A stretch of 64,000 nucleotides of DNA from Gemmatimonadaceae bacterium (GTDB lineage: Bacteria; Gemmatimonadota; Gemmatimonadetes; Gemmatimonadales; Gemmatimonadaceae). The translations under genes were made by a program, and so were the position numbers. Positions 38,606-48,169 of the stretch are shown one piece after another. The stretch covers positions 416,001-480,000 of the forward strand of contig JBJMOW010000002.1 in the NCBI GenBank assembly GCA_045803545.1, given 5' to 3'. The notes beneath the pieces are model-generated. The model worked only from the letters and a program-made list of their open reading frames with translations. It had not been told where the DNA came from and did not search any database. Position 1 is the stretch's first letter. Every line of letters starts with the position of its first letter.

Positions 38606-39631
38606 ATGCTGAATCGCTTGTTCGTTTCGTTTGCCGCAGTAACGCTTGCCGCGACTTCGGTCAGCGCGCAGGCAGTTGACGCTCAGCGCTGCCCGCCGGG
38701 CACGGTGAATGGTTTCGGTGTGGCCGATCAACAGCGTGCGTCGCAGGACGCATGTCAAAAGGCGATCGACTTGTTTCAATACATGGCTCCGCAGCTCGGC
38801 ACCATGATCGCCGGCGGTAACCCCACTCTCGGTCAAGGCAGCACGCTGGGCGGACTGGGCCATTTCTCCGCTGGCATCCGTGTGAATGTCTTGCAGGGAA
38901 GCCTGCCGCAAGTGCAGAACGTCACGCCAGCGGTTACCGGCGCGACCAGCACGCGCTTTGATACCAAAGACCAGTACCTGCCCATGCCCACTGCTGATCT
39001 CGCGATCGGCGTGTTCAAAGGGATTCCGCTGCCGTTGACGAATGTTGGCGGTGTCGATCTACTCGTCAGCGCGTCGTACGTGCCGGAGTTCGACAACAGC
39101 GGTGTGAGCGTGAAAGTTCCGAACGGATCGCTCAAGCTTGGCTACGGCGCCCGTGTTGGAATCATTCAGGAGTCGTTGCTGACGCCCGGCGTAGCGGTGA
39201 GCTATCTCGTGCGTGATTTGCCAACACTCAACATTGCGGGCAGCAACGGCGGCGACTCGTTGTACGTCAACAATCTCAGCCTCAAGACCAAGGCGTGGCG
39301 TCTAACGGCCAGCAAGAGCCTCGTGTTCTTCAGCCTTGCCGCCGGTGTTGGTCAGGACAAGTACGACGCGTCGACCGATGTAGGAGCACACGTTGCGGCA
39401 CGCGCAGTGCCCCCAACCTCCGCCGTGAACGCCACTCCGGTCTCGATTTCGCAGAACCTCACACGGACCAACATTTTCGGCGACCTGTCGATGAACCTTT
39501 TGCTTTTCAAGCTCAACGCCGAAATTGGACAGGTCTCCGGCGGTACGATCAACACTTACAACACCTTTAGTGGCAAACAACCAGCCGATTCAAGACTCTA
39601 CGGATCGGTCGGAGTTCGATTCGGATTCTAA
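38606..39631 (+). CDS. Hypothetical exported, probable outer-membrane beta-barrel protein
   Basis: Signal peptide ending VSA-Q; C-terminal YGSVGVRFGF with terminal Phe (beta-signal-like). Confidence 0.65.
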   Translation: MLNRLFVSFAAVTLAATSVSAQAVDAQRCPPGTVNGFGVADQQRASQDACQKAIDLFQYMAPQLGTMIAGGNPTLGQGSTLGGLGHFSAGIRVNVLQGSLPQVQNVTPAVTGATSTRFDTKDQYLPMPTADLAIGVFKGIPLPLTNVGGVDLLVSASYVPEFDNSGVSVKVPNGSLKLGYGARVGIIQESLLTPGVAVSYLVRDLPTLNIAGSNGGDSLYVNNLSLKTKAWRLTASKSLVFFSLAAGVGQDKYDASTDVGAHVAARAVPPTSAVNATPVSISQNLTRTNIFGDLSMNLLLFKLNAEIGQVSGGTINTYNTFSGKQPADSRLYGSVGVRFGF

Positions 39632-39653
39632 CGACGCCCGCGACGCGGAGTTC

Positions 39654-40712
39654 ATGCGTCGCGCGCTCGCCCTCGCCCTGCAAGGCTGGGGTCAAACAGC
39701 GCCGAACCCTATGGTCGGCGCTGTTGTCGTTCGCGACGGTGCGATTGTCGGCGAAGGACAACACGCGCGCTACGGCGATGCGCATGCCGAGGCGATTGCA
39801 CTAAGGGCTGCCGGCGACAAGGCGCGCGGCGCGACGATGTACGTGACGCTCGAGCCGTGCAATCATTACGGCAAACAGCCACCGTGCACTGAAGCGATTC
39901 TGGAGTCGCGAATCAAGCGCGTGGTCATCGCGAGTGCGGATCCGACTGCGCTCGCGGGCGGCGGTGCGCGCCATCTTTCCGACTATGGCGTCGAGATCAG
40001 GTTCGGCGTCGAAGAGGCGGCCGCCCTGGAATTGAACGCTCCATTCTTCTTTGCGGCAAAAGAGACGGGACGCCCGTGGGTTACACTCAAGCTCGCCCTT
40101 TCCCGCAACGGGAAGATGAACGATCCATCCGGAGAGCGCCGCTGGATTTCAAATGAACAATCGCGTGTGGAAGTGCACCGCCTTCGCGCCAACGTCGACG
40201 CGATCGCAGTCGGCATCGGTACCGTGCGCGCCGACAATCCAGAACTGACAGTCCGCGGCGCGGCGAAACCGCGAGTGGCTCCGATGCGCGTCATCTTCGA
40301 TCGCAACGCCGACACACCGCTACAGTCAAAGGTCGTTGCCACCGCGCGCGAGACTCCCACCATCGTCTTCGCCCATCGCCCTCCGGTTACTCGATTGGCC
40401 GCGCTCCATAACGCAGGCGTCGAGGTCTTCGAAGCCGAAGGTCTTCGACAGGCGCTCGAGGCCCTGCGCGGGTTTGACGTGCAGCACCTGTTCGTCGAGG
40501 GTGGTCCCACGCTCGCAGCAGCATTTCTGGAGCAAAAGCTGGTGGACCGACTGATTATCTTTCAGTCACCCACCGATCTCGACGACAGCGCAAGGAGCCC
40601 ATTTGCAAGCCTCAACGGTGACTACCGCGACTGGCTTTCACGTCTACCGGCTGTGCGACGAGTCGAGTTCGGCGAAGACGTAATGTCCACGTATGCGCTG
40701 AACGAGGCCTGA
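39654..40712 (+). CDS. ribD: Bifunctional riboflavin biosynthesis deaminase/reductase RibD
   Basis: PNPMVG, HAE, TLEPCNHYGKQPPC, DNPELTVR, VEGG; exact start uncertain. Confidence 0.93.
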   Translation: MRRALALALQGWGQTAPNPMVGAVVVRDGAIVGEGQHARYGDAHAEAIALRAAGDKARGATMYVTLEPCNHYGKQPPCTEAILESRIKRVVIASADPTALAGGGARHLSDYGVEIRFGVEEAAALELNAPFFFAAKETGRPWVTLKLALSRNGKMNDPSGERRWISNEQSRVEVHRLRANVDAIAVGIGTVRADNPELTVRGAAKPRVAPMRVIFDRNADTPLQSKVVATARETPTIVFAHRPPVTRLAALHNAGVEVFEAEGLRQALEALRGFDVQHLFVEGGPTLAAAFLEQKLVDRLIIFQSPTDLDDSARSPFASLNGDYRDWLSRLPAVRRVEFGEDVMSTYALNEA

Positions 40713-41348
40713 TTGTTCACCGGACTGATCGAGCAGGTTGGAGAAGTAGTTAGCGTTCGGCAGACTGATGCCGGTCGCGAGCTGCGCATCCGCTCGCCGT
40801 ATTCCGATCTGGCTGAGGGGGAGAGCATTGCCGTCAACGGCGCCTGCCTCACTGTGCGCGAGCATGGCGACGATTGGTTCATAACTGCGGCCGTGACAAC
40901 GACCCTCGAGCGCACCACTATCGGAGACTGGAAGCAAGGCACACGAGTCAATCTCGAGCGTTCTCTGCGCGCATCCGATCGGCTCGGCGGCCACATCGTC
41001 CAGGGGCACGTCGATTTCGTCGCGCGTGTAACCGCGGTGGATCGCGCGGGCGATGCGCTGCTGATCGATCTCGATATTCCGCGCGGCTTCGAACCCTTGT
41101 TCGTGCTGCACGGGTCGGTCGCCGTCGATGGTGTCAGTCTTACGGTCAACGAGCTAGTGCCGCACGGATTACAACTGTCTTTGATCGAATACACCCTGCG
41201 GCGCACAACGCTGGGTGACCTTGCACCGGGTGCCCGGGTCCACGTAGAGGCAGACATTGTCGCGAAACACGTGCGCAGATTGCTCGAACCCTTTCTGGCC
41301 GAGCGGTCGCCGCTAGATTCACTGAACAACTTCTCGCTGGAGCACTGA
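40713..41348 (+). CDS. ribE: Riboflavin synthase
   Basis: N-terminal MFTGLIE (TTG start), SIAVNGACLTV, VNLER, GGHIVQGHVD. Confidence 0.95.
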   Translation: MFTGLIEQVGEVVSVRQTDAGRELRIRSPYSDLAEGESIAVNGACLTVREHGDDWFITAAVTTTLERTTIGDWKQGTRVNLERSLRASDRLGGHIVQGHVDFVARVTAVDRAGDALLIDLDIPRGFEPLFVLHGSVAVDGVSLTVNELVPHGLQLSLIEYTLRRTTLGDLAPGARVHVEADIVAKHVRRLLEPFLAERSPLDSLNNFSLEH

Positions 41349-41355
41349 AGCAGTT

Positions 41356-42561
41356 ATGAAGTTTGGCACCGTTGAACAGGCGATCGCCGACATGAAAGCC
41401 GGCAAGATGATCATCGTCGCAGATGACGAGGACCGCGAAAACGAGGGCGACCTCATTTGCGCTGCGGAGCTCGTCACGCCGGAGTTGATCAACTTCATGA
41501 TCCGGAAGGCAGGTGGTTGGATCTGCCTCGCTTTGACAAATGGGCGCGCCGACCATCTGCAGCTCGATCCGCAGAGCGAGGTCAGCACCGACGAATACCG
41601 CACCGCGTTCACGATCAGCATCGATGCCGACGAGCGTTTCGGCGTCACGACCGGTGTCAGTGCGCAGGATCGTGCAAAGACGATTCGCGTAGCAGTCGAT
41701 CCCAAAGCTGTGCCTTCGGATCTACGTCGCCCCGGACACGTTCCTCCACTGCGCGCGCGGGATGGGGGCGTGTTGCAGCGGGTGGGCCATACTGAAACGG
41801 CCGTCGATCTCGCCCGGCTCGCCGGGCTTACTCCAGCCGGCGTCATCTGTGAGATCCTCAACGAGGACGGTACCAGCGCTCGTCGTCCTCAGCTCGAAAA
41901 ATTCGCAGAGGAATACGGTCTCACCTTCATAACCGTCGCCCAGGTGGTCGCGCATCGACTTCAGACCGAGCGCCTGGTTCATCGAGTTGCGGAGGCGAGG
42001 CTGCCGACCGAGCTCGGCGCCTGGAAAGTCGTCGGGTATAGCAACGACGTCGACAAGCACGAGCACATCGCCCTCGTCTTTGGCGACGTCGGACCCGACG
42101 AGAGCATTCTCGTGCGCATGCACTCGAAGTGCCTTACCGGCGATGTGTTTCACTCGCTGCGCTGCGATTGTGGCTGGCAGCTCGATACCGCGATGAAGTT
42201 GATCGCCAAGGAAGGAAAGGGTGTGGTCGTCTATCTCGACCAGGAAGGACGCGGCATCGGCCTGCTCAACAAGCTCAAAGCCTACGAGCTGCAGGACGAC
42301 GGAATCGACACCGTTGAAGCCAACGAGCGACTTGGCTTCAAACCGGATCTCCGCAACTACGGTATCGGTGCGCAAATCCTCCTCGATCTTGGTCTGAAGA
42401 AGATTCGGCCCATCACCAACAACCCGCGCAAGCTGGTTGGACTCGAGGGTTACGGCCTCACGATCGACGAGCGTGTGCCGATCATTTCGATTGCGCACGA
42501 CGAAAACTCAAGCTACCTGGAAGCCAAGCGCGCAAAGCTCGGACACCTGTTCGCTTCCTAA
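41356..42561 (+). CDS. ribBA: Bifunctional DHBP synthase/GTP cyclohydrolase II
   Basis: DDEDRENEGDL, GHTE; RMHSKCLTGD...RCDC, QEGRGIGL, TNNPRK. Confidence 0.96.
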   Translation: MKFGTVEQAIADMKAGKMIIVADDEDRENEGDLICAAELVTPELINFMIRKAGGWICLALTNGRADHLQLDPQSEVSTDEYRTAFTISIDADERFGVTTGVSAQDRAKTIRVAVDPKAVPSDLRRPGHVPPLRARDGGVLQRVGHTETAVDLARLAGLTPAGVICEILNEDGTSARRPQLEKFAEEYGLTFITVAQVVAHRLQTERLVHRVAEARLPTELGAWKVVGYSNDVDKHEHIALVFGDVGPDESILVRMHSKCLTGDVFHSLRCDCGWQLDTAMKLIAKEGKGVVVYLDQEGRGIGLLNKLKAYELQDDGIDTVEANERLGFKPDLRNYGIGAQILLDLGLKKIRPITNNPRKLVGLEGYGLTIDERVPIISIAHDENSSYLEAKRAKLGHLFAS

Positions 42562-42589
42562 ACCCGCTTCTCTCCTCCCGCCTCCCCGC
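42562..42589 (-). repeat. Degenerate GCGGGAG heptamer tract
   Basis: Minus strand reads GCGGGGAG GCGGGAG GAGAGAA GCGGGT, the same unit as 8076-8103. Confidence 0.55.
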
Positions 42590-42591
42590 AG

Positions 42592-43071
42592 ATGGCTGAG
42601 TTTCATGGTTCGCCTAGCGGCGTCGGACGACGGATGGTCGTACTCGCCAGCCGCTTCAACGAGCCCATCGTAAAGAAGCTCGTCGATGGCGCCCTCGAAG
42701 CGCTCGTCAAGCACGGAGTCGCGTTCGATGACATCGATGTCGTTTGGGTCCCGGGCGCGTGGGAGCTTCCCATTGCCGCGCGATGGCTGCTCGGCAGCGA
42801 GCGATATGACGGGCTGGTCGCCTGCGGCGCCGTCATTCGCGGAGAGACTGCACACTTCGATTACATCGCGGGAGAGGCGTCGCGTGGGCTCGCCGACGCC
42901 AGCGCGGATCTCGAAACTCCGATCGGCTTCGGCGTTTTGACCTGCGAAACCGATGAACAGGCTGAAGCTCGCGCCGGCGGTGAGCACGGCAACAAGGGAT
43001 TCGATGCGGCGGTTGCAACACTGGAAATGATGGATCTTCTGAACCGGTTGGACCCGGACGATGCGGATTGA
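42592..43071 (+). CDS. ribH: 6,7-dimethyl-8-ribityllumazine synthase
   Basis: SRFN, VPGAWELP, GAVIRGETAHFDYI, FGVLT, GNKG. Confidence 0.96.
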   Translation: MAEFHGSPSGVGRRMVVLASRFNEPIVKKLVDGALEALVKHGVAFDDIDVVWVPGAWELPIAARWLLGSERYDGLVACGAVIRGETAHFDYIAGEASRGLADASADLETPIGFGVLTCETDEQAEARAGGEHGNKGFDAAVATLEMMDLLNRLDPDDAD

Positions 43072-43471
43072 GTCGCGCGCCCGCGCGCGCGCACTGCAGG
43101 CGCTTTACGCGTGGGAGATGCGAGGCGAGCAAAATCTGGATCGTGTCGCCACGCAGGTTTGGGATGATCTGGCAGTAACTCCCGAAGAGCGTCGTATCGC
43201 GGGACTCCTCGTCCGGGAAGTGGTCAAGGCCGGCAGCGAGCTCGATTCGCGTCTTGCTGACGTCACCACCAATTGGCGACTCGAGCGCCTCGGCGCGATC
43301 GAGCGTTCGGTCCTCCGACTCGGCGCGGCAGAATTGCTCAAAGGCGAAACTCCGCCTCGCGTAGCCATCCAGGAGGCGGTGAGGCTCGCCGAGCGATTCG
43401 GCACATCGGCGAGCGCCAAGTTCGTCAACGGAGTCCTCGATGCCTTCGCCAGACAGGCCGGCATGATCTAG
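43061..43471 (+). CDS. nusB: Transcription antitermination factor NusB
   Basis: ARARALQALY, NWRLERL, EAVRLAERF, FVNGVLD. Confidence 0.95.
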   Translation: MRIESRARARALQALYAWEMRGEQNLDRVATQVWDDLAVTPEERRIAGLLVREVVKAGSELDSRLADVTTNWRLERLGAIERSVLRLGAAELLKGETPPRVAIQEAVRLAERFGTSASAKFVNGVLDAFARQAGMI

Positions 43472-44571
43472 TGCGGATACTCGTTCTGAACTGGCAGGAT
43501 TCGGGGAACCCCCAGGCCGGTGGCGCCGAACTTCACCTACAACAGATCTTCAGTCGAATAGTCGCCCGTGGACATAGCGTCGATCTGCTGTGCAGTGGCT
43601 GGGCGAAGGTCCCGGCCAGAACTGAGCTCGAAGGAATCGATGTTTATCGAGTGGGGACGCGACACACCTATCCCTTTCTGGCCAAGCGCTTTTACAGCCG
43701 CCATCTAGCCCAAAAAGGCTACGACGTCGTGATCGAGGATCTGAACAAGGTCCCGCTATATACCCCACTGTGGGACGCAAAAAAGCTCGTGGCTCTGGTG
43801 CACCATCTTTTCGGCAGCACCGTTTTTCGCGAGGCATCGGCGCCATTGGCGGCCGCGGTCTGGCTGTCGGAACGCCCGCTCGGACTTCTCTACCGCAAAA
43901 TCCCCTTCCAAGCGGTGAGTAAGAGCACGGCAGACGATCTTGTGCGCCGAGGCATCCCACGGACTTCCATCCGCGTCATCTATAACGGGGTCGACTCTCA
44001 GACACTGACGCCCGATTCGTCGGAGCGCGCCGAGAAGCCGGTGTTCGTCTATCTGGGGCGACTAAAGAGATACAAGCGGGTCGATACCGTGATTCGCGCA
44101 TTCGCGAGCCTGAATCTCGACGACGCGACTTTGGAGATCGCCGGCACCGGCGACTATCGAGCACCCCTCGAAGGGCTGGCGCAATCGCTCCATCTGGGCG
44201 ACAGAGTGAAGTTTCTCGGTTTTGTACCCGAGACTCAGAAGGCGCACCTGCTCCGCCGCGCCTGGGCATCGGTCCTGGCTTCACCCAAAGAAGGGTGGGG
44301 GATCAGCAACCTCGAGGCTGCGGCATGCGGAACGCCCGTCATTGCGGCAAATTCTCCTGGTATCCGCGAGTCCGTGATAGATGGCGAGACAGGATTCCTC
44401 GTTCCGCAGGATGATCCCGAGGCCATGGCTGCCGCGATGAGAGGTTTGGTGCAGTCTCCCGATCTGGTAAACGTGCTCGGAGCGGCAGGCAGAAGGTTCG
44501 CGCAAACATTCACATGGGATCGCTCTGCCAATGAAACACTCGCGCATTTGGAGGAAGTGGTTTCAAAATGA
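43471..44571 (+). CDS. GT4 family glycosyltransferase
   Basis: GTG start MRILVLNWQD..PQAGGAE, YLGRLKRYK, EGWGISNLEA. Confidence 0.9.
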   Translation: MRILVLNWQDSGNPQAGGAELHLQQIFSRIVARGHSVDLLCSGWAKVPARTELEGIDVYRVGTRHTYPFLAKRFYSRHLAQKGYDVVIEDLNKVPLYTPLWDAKKLVALVHHLFGSTVFREASAPLAAAVWLSERPLGLLYRKIPFQAVSKSTADDLVRRGIPRTSIRVIYNGVDSQTLTPDSSERAEKPVFVYLGRLKRYKRVDTVIRAFASLNLDDATLEIAGTGDYRAPLEGLAQSLHLGDRVKFLGFVPETQKAHLLRRAWASVLASPKEGWGISNLEAAACGTPVIAANSPGIRESVIDGETGFLVPQDDPEAMAAAMRGLVQSPDLVNVLGAAGRRFAQTFTWDRSANETLAHLEEVVSK

Positions 44572-44590
44572 TTGACACACGCGCACGCTG

Positions 44591-45571
44591 ATGCCGCCAG
44601 CCAAAGTCACTGTCGGGCAGCTACTCGACCGGCTGCGCGGCTCACTTCAGTTGGAGGAGCTCGAGCCCGGAACCGGCCACGATCGCTCGGTTGGTAACGC
44701 CGAAGTATCCAGTCCCGGACTCGTACTCGCCGGATACGTGAAGCGCTTTTCGGCCCAGCGACTGCAGGTGCTCGGAGAAACAGAGATCACCTACCTCGCG
44801 TCACTCAGCCCCTCTGCCCGGCGCGAGATTCTCGACCTGTTTTTCTCCTTCCCCATTCCCGCCGTTTTCATAACGAAGGGTCAGCGCCTCCCGCTCGGAC
44901 TGAAAGAGTTCGCCGCCAATGCGGGCGTTCCGCTCATTCGCACCAAGCTCAAGACCGCGGAGTTTTACCGGCGCATCAAGCCCGTGCTGGAAATGGAGTT
45001 TGCGCCGACTGTCTCTCTCCATGGATCCCTCGCCGACGTTTTTGGCGTCGGACTTTTCTTTACGGGGAAAAGCGGGATCGGAAAGTCGGAGTGCGTTCTC
45101 GATCTGGTCGAGCGCGGCCACCGCCTGGTGGCGGACGATCTTGTCGTCACCAGCAAGCGCGGCAACGACGTTTTGATCGGGCGCGGTCACGAGATGCAGC
45201 GTCACTACATGGAGATCCGTGGCGTCGGACTCATCGATATTCCAGCCATTTTCGGGATTCGGGCTGTGCGTCAGCAGAAGCGGCTCGAAGTAGTCGTACA
45301 GCTCGAGGAATGGGATCAACATGCAGTCGTTGATCGAACGGGCCTCGATGTCGAGACTGCCAGCATTCTGGATGTAGACCTGCCGAAAATCACGGTGTTC
45401 CTGAATCCGGGTAAGAACATCACGGTGATCGCCGAGGTAATCGCGCTGAATCACCTCCTCCGCTATTCAGGCATTAACGCTGCGGAGCAATTCAACGAGC
45501 GCCTCATGCGGCGGATGGAGCGGGCAGCGGCGTCCAACATTAAGGAATACCTACAGGAAGATCATGAGTGA
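44591..45571 (+). CDS. hprK: HPr(Ser) kinase/phosphorylase
   Basis: HG, Walker A GKSGIGKSE, LVADD, MEIRGVGLIDI, PGKN. Confidence 0.96.
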   Translation: MPPAKVTVGQLLDRLRGSLQLEELEPGTGHDRSVGNAEVSSPGLVLAGYVKRFSAQRLQVLGETEITYLASLSPSARREILDLFFSFPIPAVFITKGQRLPLGLKEFAANAGVPLIRTKLKTAEFYRRIKPVLEMEFAPTVSLHGSLADVFGVGLFFTGKSGIGKSECVLDLVERGHRLVADDLVVTSKRGNDVLIGRGHEMQRHYMEIRGVGLIDIPAIFGIRAVRQQKRLEVVVQLEEWDQHAVVDRTGLDVETASILDVDLPKITVFLNPGKNITVIAEVIALNHLLRYSGINAAEQFNERLMRRMERAAASNIKEYLQEDHE

Positions 45572-45968
45572 GATGAAGGAAGGCGAGGCAGAGCAACCGC
45601 GCGCGGTCGTAATCGGACACGGCGAATTCGCCGCCGGGCTTGTGTCGGCCGTCGGGCAGATCTGCGGAATGGGCGACAAGCTGGTTGTGCTATCGATGAT
45701 GGGCATGACGCCGGAGGAAATTGAGTCGACCATCCGCGAGCAGCTCGATCGCACCGGAGCGCGCGTGATATTCACCGATTTGCCAGCCGGGAGCGCAACT
45801 ATCGCAGCCCGTCGCATCGTGAAAGATGAGCCGGGAATCGTTCTCGTCAGCGGCGTAAACCTGGCGACACTTCTCGATTTCGTATTCAACAATACGGTCT
45901 CACCGACAGAAGCGGCGCGGACGGCCGCCGAGCGAGGGAAAGCTTCCCTGATCGTGGTCGGTCGCTGA
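45564..45968 (+). CDS. PTS mannose-family EIIA component
   Basis: IGHGEFAAGL (phospho-His), TDLPAGS, SGVNL. Confidence 0.85.
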   Translation: MSEMKEGEAEQPRAVVIGHGEFAAGLVSAVGQICGMGDKLVVLSMMGMTPEEIESTIREQLDRTGARVIFTDLPAGSATIAARRIVKDEPGIVLVSGVNLATLLDFVFNNTVSPTEAARTAAERGKASLIVVGR

Positions 45969-46456
45969 TGGCGATCCAGCTCTACCGAATCGATGACCGT
46001 CTGATTCACGGACAGGTCGTCGTCGGTTGGGGCCAGCCGCTTAACATCCGTTTTCTCGTGCTCGTCGACGATCTGGTGGCGTCGAGCGACTGGGAACAGG
46101 ATCTCTACCGGATGGCAGTGCCGCCGGAGATGGAGATCATTTTCAATGATGTCGGAACCGCCATCCGCGAACACTCACGATACGCAACCGATCCACGCCC
46201 CGGGCTGCTCATCACAGGCGACATCGCCGGCATGTACCGGCTGGCAAAAGGGGTAAAGGCAATCGGCAACGTCAATCTCGGCGGCATCCATCATCGTGCT
46301 GGCCGCAATGAGAAGCTCCGCTACGTGTATCTCACTCCGGACGAGGAAACGCAGCTGCGGGATCTCGAGGCGGCAGGCGTCGAGGTCACAGCCCAGGATG
46401 TGCCCTCATCGCGACCGGTGCCGCTGGTTGAAGTTCTGGAGGGGGCGACGCGATGA
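45968..46456 (+). CDS. PTS mannose/sorbose-family EIIB component
   Basis: RIDDRLIHGQV, VNLGG, QDVP. Confidence 0.92.
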   Translation: MAIQLYRIDDRLIHGQVVVGWGQPLNIRFLVLVDDLVASSDWEQDLYRMAVPPEMEIIFNDVGTAIREHSRYATDPRPGLLITGDIAGMYRLAKGVKAIGNVNLGGIHHRAGRNEKLRYVYLTPDEETQLRDLEAAGVEVTAQDVPSSRPVPLVEVLEGATR

Positions 46457-47136
46457 CATTGCTCGAAACGCTCCCACTTGCGCTGCTCGGCGGACTGTTC
46501 GGACTCGACGTCGTCAGTTTCCCGCAGATAATGATCTCGCGACCGATCGTCGCGGCCACAGCGGCGGGCGCGTTCATCGGCAATCCACCAGCGGGACTAC
46601 TCATTGGAGTTGTCCTCGAGATGATCGCGCTGGACACGTTGCCGTTCGGTGCCGCCCGATATCCGGAGTGGGGATCAGCAGGCGTCGTTGGAGGCGCGCT
46701 GTTCGCCTCTCAGCCCGCTGGCATGCCGGGCGCGCTCCCCGCGTCCGTTCTCGCAGCCTTGCTCACCGCCAGCATCAGTGGTTGGAGCATGGTGGTGCTG
46801 CGGCGGTTGATCGCTTGGCGTCTTGAGCACCTCCGAGATCAGCTGGAGGAAGGATCACGCTACGCGCTGATGTCATTCCACCTGTCCGGCATGACCATGG
46901 ATTTGTTGCGCGCTGCGTTGGTTACGACGCTCGCGATGGTGATATTCGCGCCGATCGTGAAAGCAATCGTGGCTGTCTGGGGCAGTGAATCGGCAACTTC
47001 ACGCGCGGTGGTGGTGGTTGTGGTCGCAATCGTTGCCGGCGCCGCGCTTTGGAAGGTGTTCCACTCGGTGCGCTACGTACTGTGGTTTCTCCTGGCCGGC
47101 CTCATAGCGTGGACCTTTATCCTGGTGACGCGATGA
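46453..47136 (+). CDS. PTS mannose-family EIIC component
   Basis: Hydrophobic; SRPIV...GLLIGVVLEMIAL...PFGAA. Confidence 0.85.
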   Translation: MTLLETLPLALLGGLFGLDVVSFPQIMISRPIVAATAAGAFIGNPPAGLLIGVVLEMIALDTLPFGAARYPEWGSAGVVGGALFASQPAGMPGALPASVLAALLTASISGWSMVVLRRLIAWRLEHLRDQLEEGSRYALMSFHLSGMTMDLLRAALVTTLAMVIFAPIVKAIVAVWGSESATSRAVVVVVVAIVAGAALWKVFHSVRYVLWFLLAGLIAWTFILVTR

Positions 47137-47903
47137 CCGCGCAGGTCGAGTCGACTTTCGCGCTACCGCTGCGCATCAAGGCGGCGATGTTCTTTCGCCT
47201 GCTCGCGCTACAGGGCTCGTGGAATTATGAGACACTCAACGGGACCGGGCTTGGCTTCGCGATGGAGCCGGCATTGACCAGACTTCCCGGTGGCCGCGAC
47301 GGACCGGCGTATCGCGCCGCTCTGGCGCGCCAGTCGCGCTACTTCAACACGCACCCATACCTGGCTGGCGTGGCGGTTGGGGCACTCTCCCGCGCCGAGC
47401 TCGAGGGAGTGGACCCGACTCGCATTGAGCGCTTCCGAACCGCGCTGCCCGGGCCGCTTGGAAGTGTGGGTGACCGCCTGGTCTGGGCCAGCTGGCTGCC
47501 ATTGTGCTCGCTGGTGGCGTTAGGGGTGTACGGCGTGGGCGGGTCGCCTTTGGCAGTCGTTGGTACATTTCTGTTGCTGTACAACGCCGGCCATTTCGCG
47601 CTCAGGGCATGGGCACTTCACGTCGGACTTTCTCGGGGTCTCAACGTCGCAACAGCGCTGGGGAATCCGGTGCTGCGCCGCGGGCCCCAGTACATCGCGT
47701 GCGCAGCTGCGCTGGTTGCCGGCATTGCGTTGCCGTTGGCGCTCCAGCGCATAACTGGTCCGGGACGGGCGCTGGCGGGCGGTATTGTCGCGGCATCGCT
47801 CATTGGAATTCTGATTCTGGCCGGATTGCGAGAGCGCGCCGAGGGTTGGCGCATTGCACTCGGCGTATTGGCGGTTTTCGTTCTCTACTCGGTGCTGACC
47901 TAA
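47133..47903 (+). CDS. PTS mannose-family EIID component
   Basis: QGSWNYE, YFNTHPY, GPLGSVGD; ATGA overlap with EIIC. Confidence 0.88.
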   Translation: MTAQVESTFALPLRIKAAMFFRLLALQGSWNYETLNGTGLGFAMEPALTRLPGGRDGPAYRAALARQSRYFNTHPYLAGVAVGALSRAELEGVDPTRIERFRTALPGPLGSVGDRLVWASWLPLCSLVALGVYGVGGSPLAVVGTFLLLYNAGHFALRAWALHVGLSRGLNVATALGNPVLRRGPQYIACAAALVAGIALPLALQRITGPGRALAGGIVAASLIGILILAGLRERAEGWRIALGVLAVFVLYSVLT

Positions 47904-48169
47904 TGCCAGAGCGCGAAGTAAAGATCGTCAACAAGCTGGGGATTCACGCGCGGCCCGCCGCGGAAATCGTGAAAACCGCCGGGAAGTTCCGCAGCAACAT
48001 CACCATCGTGCGCGACGATCTCGAAGTCAACGCAAAAAGCATTATGGGGGTGATGATGCTTGCCGCCGAGTTTGGCGCGACGATAGTGCTGCGCGCCGTC
48101 GGTGAAGATGCCGAAGCTGCGCTCGATGCGCTGTCGACTGTGATCGCCAACAAGTTCGGGGAGAGCTAG
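47903..48169 (+). CDS. ptsH: Phosphocarrier protein HPr
   Basis: GIHARPAA (His15) and NAKSIMGV (Ser46); ATG overlaps the EIID stop. Confidence 0.95.
   Translation: MPEREVKIVNKLGIHARPAAEIVKTAGKFRSNITIVRDDLEVNAKSIMGVMMLAAEFGATIVLRAVGEDAEAALDALSTVIANKFGES

Noticed and set aside
39525..39653. Long RibD N-terminal extension
   Set aside because: Overlaps the upstream gene by more than 100 nt and is mostly not RibD-like; the true start is probably at or near 39654.
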